Shown: piece by piece, positions 15,231 through 24,956 of the stretch | Numbering within the stretch: position 1 is the stretch's first letter | Layout: each line of letters opens with the position of its first letter | Assembly (NCBI GenBank): GCA_016184305.1 | Contig: JACPCX010000179.1 | Span: forward strand, 11,613 to 75,612 | DNA: 64,000 bases | Source of the DNA: Candidatus Rokuibacteriota bacterium | GTDB taxonomy: Bacteria > Methylomirabilota > Methylomirabilia > Rokubacteriales > CSP1-6 | Direction: 5' to 3' | Position numbers and translations under genes: made by a program | The notes under the pieces: model-generated | What the model saw: the letters and a program-made list of their open reading frames with translations, nothing else | What the model was told of the DNA's origin: nothing | Databases searched by the model: none

Positions 15231-17957
15231 ATGGCGCACCGTCCTCGACCGGGAGTCTGGATCCTCCTCGCCCTCCTGGCGCTGGCGCTCGTCGGCCAGG
15301 CGGTCCCGCTCTACACGGACTGGCTCTGGTTCCACGAGGTCGGCTTCCCGCAGGTCTTCACGACCATGCTCGCGGTGCGAGGCTGGCTCGTGCTGGGCCT
15401 GGGGGCGGCCGTCTTCATCTTCCTCTTCGCCAACCTCTGGGTCGCGGCCCGCACCGCGCCTCCTGACGTGCTCTGGGAGCTCGAGGACCAGCTCGGACTG
15501 CCCGGGCGGGCGGTGCTGGAGCCCCTGGTGCGGCGACTGCTGGTGCCCGTCATCTCGGTCATCGCGCTCATGTCCGGGGCGCGGGCCAGCGGCGAGTGGG
15601 ACACCCTGCTCCAGTATCTCAACGCGACCCCCTTCGGCCGGACCGACCCGCTCTTCAACCGCGACATCGGCTTCTACGTCTTCCAGCTGCCATTGTGGCG
15701 GCTCCTGTACGGCTGGACGATCGCCCTGTGCATCGGGACGCTGGTGCTCACGGCTGCCGTGTACGTGCTCCAGCGGAGCGTGGTGCTCACAGCCCGCGGC
15801 CCGCGGCTTGCTGGCGGCGCGCGGACGCATCTCCTGGGCCTGGGCGCGCTCCTGCTCGTGGTGCGTGGGGTGGGGTTTTGGCTCGACCGGTACGACCTCC
15901 TCTACTCCCCGCGCGGCTTCACCTTCGGCGCCTCCTACACCGACGTGAACGCCTCGCTCCCCGTCCTCCAGGTGCTGGCGGTGCTCGCCGTTCTCTGCGC
16001 GGTCGCGTGCGCCGTGCAGACGCGCCGGCCGGGCTGGCTCTTCCTCGTCGCGGGGCTGGTGGTGCTCGGCGTCGTGTGGATCGGGGGCCTCGGCGTCTAC
16101 CCGGCGCTCCTCCAGCGCTTCCGGGTGACGCCCAACGAGCTGGTCGCCGAGGGTCCCTATATCAAGCACAGCATCCGCATGACGCGGGACGCCTACGGGC
16201 TCGACCGGGTCCAGGAGAAGGACTTCCCGGCGGAGGAGAACCTCAACGCGGCCGCGCTCGAGCGGAACAACCTCACGATCAAGAATATCCGGCTCTGGGA
16301 CCACCGGCCGCTGCTGACGACCTACGGGCAGCTGCAGGAGATCCGCACCTACTACAAGTTCCTCGACGTGGACAACGACCGGTACCTGATCGGCGGTGAG
16401 TACCGCCAGGTCATGCTCTCGCCGCGCGAGCTGTCGTACAAGCACCTGCCCGGTCAGGGGCAGAGCTGGATCAACGAGCACCTGACCTACACGCACGGCT
16501 ACGGCCTCGTCGTGGGCCCCGTGAACCGCATCAGCCCCGAGGGGCTGCCGGAGTTCTTCGTGAAGGACATTCCGCCGGTGGCGAGCGGCTTCCCGAAGAT
16601 CACGCGGCCGGAGATGTACTACGGCGAGTCGGGCAACGAGTACGTCTTCGTGCGGACCAAGTCGCAGGAGCTCGACTACCCGTCGGGCGATCAGAACGTG
16701 TACGGGGTGTACGCGGGGCGCGGGGGGATCGTCGTCGACTCGCTGCTGAAGAAGATCGGCTTCGCGGCCCGGTTCGGGGAAATCAAGGTGCTGCTCTCCG
16801 ACGACCTGACGAGCGAGAGCCGCGTCATGATCTACCGGGAGATCGGAGCCCGGGTCCGCCAGGCGGCCCCGTTCCTCCGCTTCGACCGCGACCCGTACCT
16901 GGTGGTGACCGAGGACGGCCGCCTGGTCTGGATGATCGACGGCTACACGACGAGCGACCGCTATCCCTACGCCCAGCCCGTGCGGGGGATGGGGAACTAC
17001 ATCCGGAACTCGGTGAAGGCGACGGTGGACGCCTTCCACGGGACCGTGACCTACTACATCGCCGATGCCCAGGATCCCGTGATCCGGACCTGGGCGAAGG
17101 CGTTCCCGGGGCTCCTGAAGCCGCTCGCGCAGATGCCCACGGACTTGCAGGCGCACGTGCGGTACCCGGAGGACCTCTTCACGATCCAGGCGCAGATGTA
17201 CGCGACGTATCACATGGAGGATCCGCAGGTCTTCTACAACAAGGAGGACCTGTGGACCATCCCCCGGCGCCAGCAGGACGCGCGCACGGCGTCCGAGATG
17301 GAGCCCTACTACACCATCATGCGGCTGCCGGGAGAGCCCCGGGAGGAGTTCGTGCTCCTCAACGGGTTCAACCCGAGCCGCCGTGACAACATGATCGCCA
17401 TCATGGCGGCGCGCTCGGACGCGCCGAACTACGGGAGCCTCCTGGTCTACATGTTCCCGAAGCAGAAGCTCGTCTACGGCCCGCGCCAGATCGACGCGCG
17501 GATTGACCAGGACGGGGTGATCTCGCAGCAGCTCTCGCTGTGGAACCAGCAGGGCTCGCGGGTGCTCCGCGGATCGCTCCTGGCCATCCCCATCGACCAG
17601 TCGCTCGTCTACGTCCAGCCGCTCTACCTCGCGGCGACGGAGCAGGGGTCGCTGCCGGAGCTCCGGCGCGTCATCGTCGCCTACGGCAACCAGATCGCGA
17701 TGGAGCCCACGCTCGAGCAGTCGCTCGGGCGGATCTTCGGGGCCCGCGTGCGCGGCGACGAGCCGGGGCCGCGGCCACGCGAGACGGTCGCGGCGGGCCC
17801 CCCGCTCCTCGACACCGCGCTCCGCGCCGTCGCGCAGCGGGCGTGGGAGACGTGGCAGAAGGCCCAGGAAGCGCTCCGCCGGGGCGACTGGTCCGGCTAC
17901 GGCCAGGAGCAGAAACGGCTGGAGGAGACGCTGCGCCAGCTGCGCGAAGGCCGGTAG
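15231..17957 (+). CDS. UPF0182 family integral membrane protein
   Basis: About 908 aa. Multi-TM N-terminal third (LYTDWLWFHEVGF) followed by a large soluble region, typical of UPF0182. The ORF-track entry 13989..17957 is an upstream read-through. Confidence 0.8.
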   Translation: MAHRPRPGVWILLALLALALVGQAVPLYTDWLWFHEVGFPQVFTTMLAVRGWLVLGLGAAVFIFLFANLWVAARTAPPDVLWELEDQLGLPGRAVLEPLVRRLLVPVISVIALMSGARASGEWDTLLQYLNATPFGRTDPLFNRDIGFYVFQLPLWRLLYGWTIALCIGTLVLTAAVYVLQRSVVLTARGPRLAGGARTHLLGLGALLLVVRGVGFWLDRYDLLYSPRGFTFGASYTDVNASLPVLQVLAVLAVLCAVACAVQTRRPGWLFLVAGLVVLGVVWIGGLGVYPALLQRFRVTPNELVAEGPYIKHSIRMTRDAYGLDRVQEKDFPAEENLNAAALERNNLTIKNIRLWDHRPLLTTYGQLQEIRTYYKFLDVDNDRYLIGGEYRQVMLSPRELSYKHLPGQGQSWINEHLTYTHGYGLVVGPVNRISPEGLPEFFVKDIPPVASGFPKITRPEMYYGESGNEYVFVRTKSQELDYPSGDQNVYGVYAGRGGIVVDSLLKKIGFAARFGEIKVLLSDDLTSESRVMIYREIGARVRQAAPFLRFDRDPYLVVTEDGRLVWMIDGYTTSDRYPYAQPVRGMGNYIRNSVKATVDAFHGTVTYYIADAQDPVIRTWAKAFPGLLKPLAQMPTDLQAHVRYPEDLFTIQAQMYATYHMEDPQVFYNKEDLWTIPRRQQDARTASEMEPYYTIMRLPGEPREEFVLLNGFNPSRRDNMIAIMAARSDAPNYGSLLVYMFPKQKLVYGPRQIDARIDQDGVISQQLSLWNQQGSRVLRGSLLAIPIDQSLVYVQPLYLAATEQGSLPELRRVIVAYGNQIAMEPTLEQSLGRIFGARVRGDEPGPRPRETVAAGPPLLDTALRAVAQRAWETWQKAQEALRRGDWSGYGQEQKRLEETLRQLREGR

Positions 17958-18165
17958 CAGGCGGCTCGAGCAGGCTGCTCAAAACGGTCCAGATGCGAGG
18001 CGGCGCCCGACGGCCGCACGCGAGGCGTACTCCGCATGGCGAGCCGAGCCGGAGGCGAGGTGAGCGGATCGGGAGATCCGGGCGAGCGTGAGCGAGCCAC
18101 GTTGAGCGTGCGGCCGAGGGCGCCGTACCTCCGCAGATGGGCCTTTTTCAGCAGCCTGCCTGCTA
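17955..18165. terminator. 211-bp imperfect palindrome between convergent genes; probable bidirectional intrinsic terminator
   Basis: Arms 17955-18021 and 18106-18165 are reverse complements with a few mismatches or indels (TAGCAGGC...GCCTGCTA). A T5 run at 18144-18148 follows the right arm on the plus strand, and a T4 run follows on the minus strand. Both stop codons sit at the palindrome tips. Confidence 0.5.
18039..18097 (+). repeat. Family B repeat, diverged copy in the loop of the palindrome
   Basis: GCGAGCCGAGCCGGAGGCGAGGTGAGCGGATCGGGAGATCCGGGCGAGCGTGAGCGAGC aligns with 4038-4096. It contains the perfect hairpin CGGATC-ggga-GATCCG. Confidence 0.7.
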
Positions 18166-20475
18166 GGTCCGGGCCCGGAGGAAGAGCGCGGTGCCCAGCC
18201 CCGCGAAGACGATGTTGGCCGTCCAGGCGGCGACGATGGGGGGCAGGAGATCGGCCTTGGCGAAGGCCAGCGCCATGGAGTGGACGACCCAGTAGCCCAC
18301 CGAGATGATCACCGCGAGGCCGATGCCGACCGCACGGCCGCCGCTGCGCGGGGCGACCAGGGCGAAGGGGATTGCCACCAGCGCCATGATGACGTGGACC
18401 AGCGGGAAGGACAGCTTCGAGTACATCTCCCCCATGTACTTGCCCACGTGGTGGCCGCTCTCCTGAAGTCTCCCGACGTAGCTCCTGAGCTCACGGAAGC
18501 TCATGCCCTCGGGCGGCTTCTGGACCCTGGTGAAGTCATCGATACTCTCCGGCATCTGCGCCGTGGTGCGCGTGAAGGGCGTGGACTGGACGCGGTGCTG
18601 CTCGGAGATCTCGCGCAGCACGCCGTCCGAGAGCTCCCACGCGCCGCCGCGCCACCGGGCCTTCTTCGTGTCGAGGCGGGTGGTGAGGCGGAAGCTCGGG
18701 TCGATCTCGAGGACGAGCAGGCCCTCGATGGACTGCTCCACCGGGTCCAGCAGCTCCATGCGGAAGAAGCGCGTGTCCGACGAGCGGTACCAGATCTGGT
18801 TCCGCTTCTGCAGGTGCCGCGGCAAGCCCCCGCGGATCTTGACGCGGTCCACCTCCTCCGCCCGCGTATTGATGCCCGGCAGCAGGACCTCCTGGAAGAC
18901 CCCGGCCCCGAGGCTCAGCGCGACGGTCAGCAACAGGACGGGCACGCTGACGCGATACAGGCTGACGCCGGCGGACTTCAACGCGTCGAGCTCGTGCTGG
19001 CGGGTCAGGGAGAGGAAGAGGAAGACGGTGGCCATGAGCACCACGATGGGCAGCCCGTCGTAGAGCGCGCCCGGCAGGCGATAGGCGAAGTGCTGGAGGA
19101 TGTGGGTGAAGGGAGGCTTGATCCGCAGAAAGCGGTCTAGCGTCTGGAGAAGGTCCACGATGACGAACAGGACCGCGCCAATCCCCAAGCCGATTCCCAG
19201 GAGCTTCACGTACTCCCTGAGGAGGTACCGGTCGATCAGGAACGTCGAGCCGCGCGACTTGCGGAACGGGGCTGCGCCGCGGCCCGTGGCGCTTGGGGCC
19301 GGGACCTGACGCCGGGGGCTCGGGAGGCGGTCGCGCACACGCCAGAGGGTATGCACCCAGGCGGTGGGCGTGGTCACGGTGGTGGAGCGAAGCAGGATGG
19401 CGCCCACCAGCAAGAAGAGAAGGTTGGGGAGCCAGACCGCGGACCACGCGGGCAGGCGCCCGCGCATGGCCATGCCTTCCAGCGACGTGAAGACGACGTA
19501 GTAGAACATGACGATGGCGAGGCTCGAGGCCAGCGCCACGCCCCGGCCGCCGCGATGGGCACGAACGGCGAGCGGGAAGCCCACCATGGCGAACACGAGG
19601 GATGCGACGGGCAGCGCGAAGCGCTTGTGGAGCTCCACGAAGTACGGCGCCGAGATCTGGCCGTGGCGCTCCAGGTCCGCTGCGCGCGCCCGCAGGGCGC
19701 CCAGGGCGAGGTCGCGCTCCGGCCTCTCCGACTGGGCGGCCGCCGCCAGGGGGGACTCGAGCGGCAGGTTCATGTCGTAGAGGCTGAAGGCGGTGAAGCG
19801 GGCCCGCCGCGCGTCCGCGACGTCCGTCTCGCTGACCTGGCCGTCGAGGAAGCGCAAGGTGATGCGCCCGTGCGCCTCGTCGGTGAGCAGTCGGCCCTCG
19901 CGGGCCACGATGATCCGCGACAGCGCCGGGTTGCGCTCGTCGGCGACGAGGAGCCCCTTGAGCGCGAGCTGGGAGGCGCTGATCTCCTGGACGTAGATCG
20001 TGAACTGGCCGAAGGACGCGCTGAACGTCCGCTCCTTGATTCCGGTGGTGGCGCGCGACTGGAGGATCGCGAAGAGCTGGCGCTGGAAGGCCCCGTTGGC
20101 CCACGGACTCACGACCAGGGTCAACGCCGCCGAGGCCAGCGTCACGAGCAGCGCTGCCACGAGGAACGGACGGAAGAGGCGGAGCGGACTCACGCCGGAC
20201 GCCTTGAGTGCGGCGACCTCGAGGTCCCCGGCGAGGCGCCCGCCCGCCAGCAGAACGGCCACGAGGAGTGCCATGGGGAAGGTGAGGGCGAGGAACGATG
20301 GCAGCATGAAGACGAGGAGCGAGAGAACCAGGTGGAAGGGCACGCCCTTGGTGATGACGAGATCCGTCAGGTGGTAGATGCGGTCGATGACCAGGAAGAA
20401 GGTGAAGACCGCCACGCCCATGACGAACGGCGCGAGGAGCTCCTTCAGGACGTAGCGGTCGAGAATGCGGGTCAT
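18163..20475 (-). CDS. lptFG: LPS export permease with LptF-like and LptG-like halves in one 770-aa reading frame
   Basis: MTRILDRYVLKELL... (LptF-type) and ...STFLIDRYLLREYVKLL... (LptG-type) are joined with no stop codon. The ORF-track entry extending to 21282 is an upstream read-through. Confidence 0.8.
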   Translation of the reverse strand: MTRILDRYVLKELLAPFVMGVAVFTFFLVIDRIYHLTDLVITKGVPFHLVLSLLVFMLPSFLALTFPMALLVAVLLAGGRLAGDLEVAALKASGVSPLRLFRPFLVAALLVTLASAALTLVVSPWANGAFQRQLFAILQSRATTGIKERTFSASFGQFTIYVQEISASQLALKGLLVADERNPALSRIIVAREGRLLTDEAHGRITLRFLDGQVSETDVADARRARFTAFSLYDMNLPLESPLAAAAQSERPERDLALGALRARAADLERHGQISAPYFVELHKRFALPVASLVFAMVGFPLAVRAHRGGRGVALASSLAIVMFYYVVFTSLEGMAMRGRLPAWSAVWLPNLLFLLVGAILLRSTTVTTPTAWVHTLWRVRDRLPSPRRQVPAPSATGRGAAPFRKSRGSTFLIDRYLLREYVKLLGIGLGIGAVLFVIVDLLQTLDRFLRIKPPFTHILQHFAYRLPGALYDGLPIVVLMATVFLFLSLTRQHELDALKSAGVSLYRVSVPVLLLTVALSLGAGVFQEVLLPGINTRAEEVDRVKIRGGLPRHLQKRNQIWYRSSDTRFFRMELLDPVEQSIEGLLVLEIDPSFRLTTRLDTKKARWRGGAWELSDGVLREISEQHRVQSTPFTRTTAQMPESIDDFTRVQKPPEGMSFRELRSYVGRLQESGHHVGKYMGEMYSKLSFPLVHVIMALVAIPFALVAPRSGGRAVGIGLAVIISVGYWVVHSMALAFAKADLLPPIVAAWTANIVFAGLGTALFLRART

Positions 20476-20499
20476 GCCCTCCCATTGTACGATAGCCGC

Positions 20500-21561
20500 G
20501 TGAGAGCCCGAGGGGCCTGTGCGACGGCAATGCTGTGGGCGCTGGCCCTCGTGACGCCGGATGCTCTCGCGCGCGATCGCCTCGAGCAATTCCAGGAGAT
20601 CGTCGGGCGCGCGAGCGGGTCCACCGTGGAGAGGCTGGCTCCGGCGCTCTATGCGCTCGTGGACGAGGAGATCCTCGAGAACATGACGAGCGGAGGGGTC
20701 TTCGCCTCCGAGGCATTCATCCAGGAGCGGCTGGACGGGTTCAGCGGGACCTGGGGTGGCGCGGACTTCCGGGTGCGGCGGCTGCCGGGCCCGGCCCCGT
20801 CGGGCCCGGCGCGAGGCGAGACGACGATCGCGCTCTACTCGATGGAAGGTCTGGAGGGCTCGGGGTCGGTCAGGGTGTTCGGCTCGGGCGGGGATGGCGC
20901 TGTCCTGCTCCGGAGCCTCACCCACGAGGGGACGCCCGAGGTCCACGAGTGGCCGCCAGCCGCCGGCGGGTCGCTCCAGTTCGCGGTGAGCTGGGTCGGG
21001 GGAGCTCTCGGGCGCGGTGGCCGGATGCTCCGCGTGGAGGTGTGGCGCCGGCACGCCGCCGGCATCTCGCGCGTCTGGAGCACGGCCGTCGACGCTCCGG
21101 ACGGCCTCGTGGCCTCCGACGTTCGGATCACGCGTGGGGAGATCGCGCTGCGGTACGAGGCGCGGTACCCGGGATGGAAGCCCGGCTGCGAGGGACAGAC
21201 GGAGCACGAGGACCTGTACCGCGTCGGGCCGTCCGGGGACGGGGTGCGGCTCGTGCGGCGCCGGGTGGTCAGCGGGTGGCACCGGGAGCTGTGGCAGACC
21301 GTGACGCGATTCTTCGACGCGCTCGACCGCCGGGACAGCCGCGTGCTCGCCGAGCTCGTGCCGGACGCGTCGGTGCGGGCGCGGATCCCGCGAGCGCTGG
21401 TGCCGGAGCCGGCATGCGAGGGGCGCCCGCAGGAGTCGCCGGCGACCGCGATCATCGCCGCCACGGAGGAGGGTGAGCGCCGGCGGACGCCGTGGTCGCT
21501 CTGGTGGCGCCAGATCCCCGGAGGGTGGCGCCTGAGCGGGGCGGCCCCCGTGCTAGAATGA
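20500..21561 (+). CDS. hypothetical secreted protein
   Basis: GTG 20500 gives a signal-like VRARGACATAMLWALALVTPDALA (alternative ATG at 20530). GC3-rich frame with no recognisable domain. Divergent from lptFG with only a 24-bp spacer. Confidence 0.5.
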   Translation: MRARGACATAMLWALALVTPDALARDRLEQFQEIVGRASGSTVERLAPALYALVDEEILENMTSGGVFASEAFIQERLDGFSGTWGGADFRVRRLPGPAPSGPARGETTIALYSMEGLEGSGSVRVFGSGGDGAVLLRSLTHEGTPEVHEWPPAAGGSLQFAVSWVGGALGRGGRMLRVEVWRRHAAGISRVWSTAVDAPDGLVASDVRITRGEIALRYEARYPGWKPGCEGQTEHEDLYRVGPSGDGVRLVRRRVVSGWHRELWQTVTRFFDALDRRDSRVLAELVPDASVRARIPRALVPEPACEGRPQESPATAIIAATEEGERRRTPWSLWWRQIPGGWRLSGAAPVLE

Positions 21562-21570
21562 GACCCCGCC

Positions 21571-24189
21571 ATGACGGACATCTCGGACCGCTACGATCCT
21601 CGCCACGTGGAGGCGCGCTGGTACCGCGAGTGGGAGGAGCGGGGGTACTTCCACGCGGACGCCGCGTCGCCCAAGAAGCCCTACTCGATCGTGATCCCTC
21701 CCCCGAACGTGACAGGCTCACTGCACTGGGGGCATGCCCTCAACAACACGCTCCAGGACATCCTGATCCGGTACAAGCGGATGGACGGGTACAACGCGCT
21801 CTGGCTTCCCGGCACCGACCACGCGGGGATCGCCACCCAGTACGTCGTGGAGCGCCAGCTGGCCGCCGAGGGGAAGACCAAGGAGGACCTGGGGCGCGAG
21901 GCCTTCCTCGCGCGGGTGTGGAAGTGGAAGGACGAGTCGGGCGGCATCATCATCAACCAGCTCAAGCGCCTGGGCGCCTCCTGCGACTGGCGGCGGGAGC
22001 GCTTCACCATGGACGCCGGGCTGTCGACGGCGGTGCGCGAGGTCTTCGTCCGCCTCTGGGAAGAGGGGCTCGTCTACCAGGGCGACTACATCGTCAACTG
22101 GTGCCCGCGGTGCCAGACCGTCCTCTCCGATCTCGAGGTCGAGCGCGAGGAGCGGGACGCGGAGTTCGTCTATATCAGGTACGGTCCCCTCACGCTGGGG
22201 ACGGTGCGCCCGGAGACGAAGCTCGGCGACACGGCGCTCGCCGTCCACCCGAAGGACAAGCGCTACGCCAAGTATGTGGGGAAGACCCTGGACGTCCCCT
22301 CGGTGGATGGCCTCATCCGGATGGTGGTGGTGGCCGACGCGGCCGTGGATCCCAGATTCGGCACCGGCGTCATCAAGGTGACGCCGGGACACGATCCCGT
22401 GGACTTCGAGATCGGCCGGCGCCACAACCTGCCCACACGGACCGTCATCGGCTTCGACGCGAAGATGACGGCGCTGGCGGGCCGGTACGCCGGGCTCGAC
22501 CGCTTCGAATGCCGGAAGCGGATCGTGGAGGACATGCAGGCGCTGGGGCTGATCGAGCGGATCGAGCCGTACCGCCACGCCGTCGGTGTCTGCTACCGCT
22601 GCAAGACGGTCGTGGAGCCCCTGATCTCCACGCAGTGGTACGTGCGGACGAAGCCGCTGGCGGACGCCGCCATCAAGGCGGTGCGCAGCGGCCGCATCCG
22701 GATCGTGCCGCGCGCCTGGACGAAGACCTACTACCACTGGATGGAGAACATCCGTGACTGGGCGATCTCGCGCCAGCTCTGGTGGGGGCACCGGATCCCG
22801 GCCTGGTACTGCGACGCCGAGGGGACCGTCCACGTCTCGCGCACCGATCTGCCGGCGTGTCCCGGGTGCGGCGGCGCGCTGCGACAGGACAGCGACGTGC
22901 TCGACACATGGTTCTCCTCCGGTCTCTGGCCCTTCTCGACGCTCGGCTGGCCCGAGCAGACGGAGGATCTGCGGACGTTCTACCCGACCGCCTGTCTCGC
23001 CACCGGGTTCGACATCCTGTTCTTCTGGGTGGCCCGGATGGCCATGCTCGGGATCAAGTTCATGGGGGACGTGCCCTTCCGGGACGTCTACATCCATGCG
23101 CTGGTGCGGGACGCCGAGGGCGCCAAGATGTCGAAGTCGAAGGGCAACGTCGCGGACCCGCTCATGGTCATGGAGAAGTACGGGACCGACGCCTTCCGGT
23201 TCACCCTGGCGGCGCTTGCCGCGCAGGGGCGCGACATCCGGATGTCCGAGGACCGGATCGAGGGCTACCGGAACTTCGCCAACAAGATCTGGAACGCCGC
23301 GCGGCTGGTGCTCACCAACCTGGACGGCTACGACCCGAGGCTGGCGAAGAAGGGGACGCCGTCGGTGGCCGACCGGTGGATCACGAGCCGGCTCCAGGCG
23401 GCGACGAAGAGCGTGCGTCGGGCGCTGGACACCTACCGGTTCAACGACGCCGCCTCGGCCGTCTACCAGTTCCTGTGGCACGAATTCTGTGACTGGTACC
23501 TGGAGATCGCCAAGCAGCGGCTCTACCAGACGGTCGATCCCGCGGCCCGGGCGGTGACGCAGCGAACCCTCGTGGAGACCCTCGAGGCCACGCTCAGGCT
23601 CCTGCACCCGTTCATGCCGTTCATCTCCGAGGAGATCTGGCAGCGGCTGCCCCACGCGGGGCCGTCGGTGATGATCGCGCCGTTCCCGAGGGCCCGCGGC
23701 CGCGCCCACGACGCTGCGGCCGAGGCCCGCATGGCCGCGGTCATCGCCATCGTGAGCGGCGTCCGGAACGTCCGGAGCGAGAGCCGCATCCCGCCCGGAA
23801 CGGAGCTGCGCGCCACCGTGCGGCCCGGTGCCGGGAGCGACGTCGAGGCGCTCCGGGAGGCCGCGTCCTTGATGGGAACGCTGGCCCGCGCGGCGATCAC
23901 GGTGGACCCTGCGGCCTCTCGGCCGGCCCACTCGGCGGTCGCCGTGGCCGATGGCTGCGAGGTGTATGTGGAGCTCGAGGGCGTGGTGGACCTGGGCGCG
24001 GAGCGCCAGCGCGTCCTCAAGGAGATCGACAGGGCGAGCCGCGAGATCACGTTCTTCGAAGGGAAACTGTCGCGACAGGACTTCGTCGAGCGCGCCCCGG
24101 CCGACGTGGTGGCGCGGGAGCGCGACCGCCTGGCCGCGACGCGCGCGGTGCTCGACAAGCTCACGGCGGGGCTCAAGGCGCTCGAGTGA
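21571..24189 (+). CDS. valS: valine--tRNA ligase
   Basis: HIGH-type motif SLHWGH, KMSKS motif, and a C-terminal coiled coil. 872 aa. Confidence 0.95.
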   Translation: MTDISDRYDPRHVEARWYREWEERGYFHADAASPKKPYSIVIPPPNVTGSLHWGHALNNTLQDILIRYKRMDGYNALWLPGTDHAGIATQYVVERQLAAEGKTKEDLGREAFLARVWKWKDESGGIIINQLKRLGASCDWRRERFTMDAGLSTAVREVFVRLWEEGLVYQGDYIVNWCPRCQTVLSDLEVEREERDAEFVYIRYGPLTLGTVRPETKLGDTALAVHPKDKRYAKYVGKTLDVPSVDGLIRMVVVADAAVDPRFGTGVIKVTPGHDPVDFEIGRRHNLPTRTVIGFDAKMTALAGRYAGLDRFECRKRIVEDMQALGLIERIEPYRHAVGVCYRCKTVVEPLISTQWYVRTKPLADAAIKAVRSGRIRIVPRAWTKTYYHWMENIRDWAISRQLWWGHRIPAWYCDAEGTVHVSRTDLPACPGCGGALRQDSDVLDTWFSSGLWPFSTLGWPEQTEDLRTFYPTACLATGFDILFFWVARMAMLGIKFMGDVPFRDVYIHALVRDAEGAKMSKSKGNVADPLMVMEKYGTDAFRFTLAALAAQGRDIRMSEDRIEGYRNFANKIWNAARLVLTNLDGYDPRLAKKGTPSVADRWITSRLQAATKSVRRALDTYRFNDAASAVYQFLWHEFCDWYLEIAKQRLYQTVDPAARAVTQRTLVETLEATLRLLHPFMPFISEEIWQRLPHAGPSVMIAPFPRARGRAHDAAAEARMAAVIAIVSGVRNVRSESRIPPGTELRATVRPGAGSDVEALREAASLMGTLARAAITVDPAASRPAHSAVAVADGCEVYVELEGVVDLGAERQRVLKEIDRASREITFFEGKLSRQDFVERAPADVVARERDRLAATRAVLDKLTAGLKALE

Positions 24190-24956
24190 GAGCCCCCCCC
24201 GCGGTTTCGGGACCGCACCTGGTGCGCTGGGTGGTTCGGGAGCTCGACACGGTGGACTCGACCCAGGCCGAGCTCGGCCGGCTGGCTCGGGCGGGGGCCC
24301 CGGAGGGCATGGCCGTCACGGCGCTTCACCAGGTGGCCGGGCGGGGCCGGTGGAGTCGCTCCTGGTGGGACACTCCGGGTGAGAGCCTGCTGGCCTCGAT
24401 TCTTCTCCGGCCACCCATCCCGCCGAGCCGGGCGCCCCAGCTCACGCTGGTGGCCGTGGTGGCCGTGGTGGAGGCGCTCCAGGCCGCCGCGGGCGTGGCG
24501 GCGAGGATTCGCTGGCCGAACGACGTGATGGCGGCTGGCCGGAAGCTCTGCGGGATCCTGGCGGAAGCCTCGTCGGGGGCCGACGGCGGGCTCCATCACG
24601 TGCTCCTGGGAATCGGGATCAACGTGAACCAGACGGCCTTTCCTCCCGAGCTCGCCGATCGCGCGACCTCACTCCGGCTCCTGGCGGCCGCCCCGCAAGA
24701 GCGCGCGGCAGTGCTCGCGAGCCTGCTCGATGCGCTCGGACGCTGGTACGGGGTGTATCTTCGCGCCGGCCTGGGGCCGGTGCGGGAGGCGTGGCGCGCC
24801 GCGAGCGCCACGCTCGGCGAGCGGCTCGCGATGCCCGACGGGCGCGCGGGCGTGGCCGTGGACCTGGACGAGGAGGGGTCGCTCGTGGTGCGGACGGACG
24901 ACGGCGGGCTCGCGCGGGTGTCATCCGGGGAGATCGTCAGTGCTGCTGCTCCTTGA
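24186..24956 (+). CDS. birA: biotin--[acetyl-CoA-carboxylase] ligase (no N-terminal HTH domain)
   Basis: GTG overlaps the valS TGA. QVAGRGRWSRSW matches the GRGRxxRxW biotin-binding motif. Confidence 0.85.
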   Translation: MRAPPAVSGPHLVRWVVRELDTVDSTQAELGRLARAGAPEGMAVTALHQVAGRGRWSRSWWDTPGESLLASILLRPPIPPSRAPQLTLVAVVAVVEALQAAAGVAARIRWPNDVMAAGRKLCGILAEASSGADGGLHHVLLGIGINVNQTAFPPELADRATSLRLLAAAPQERAAVLASLLDALGRWYGVYLRAGLGPVREAWRAASATLGERLAMPDGRAGVAVDLDEEGSLVVRTDDGGLARVSSGEIVSAAAP

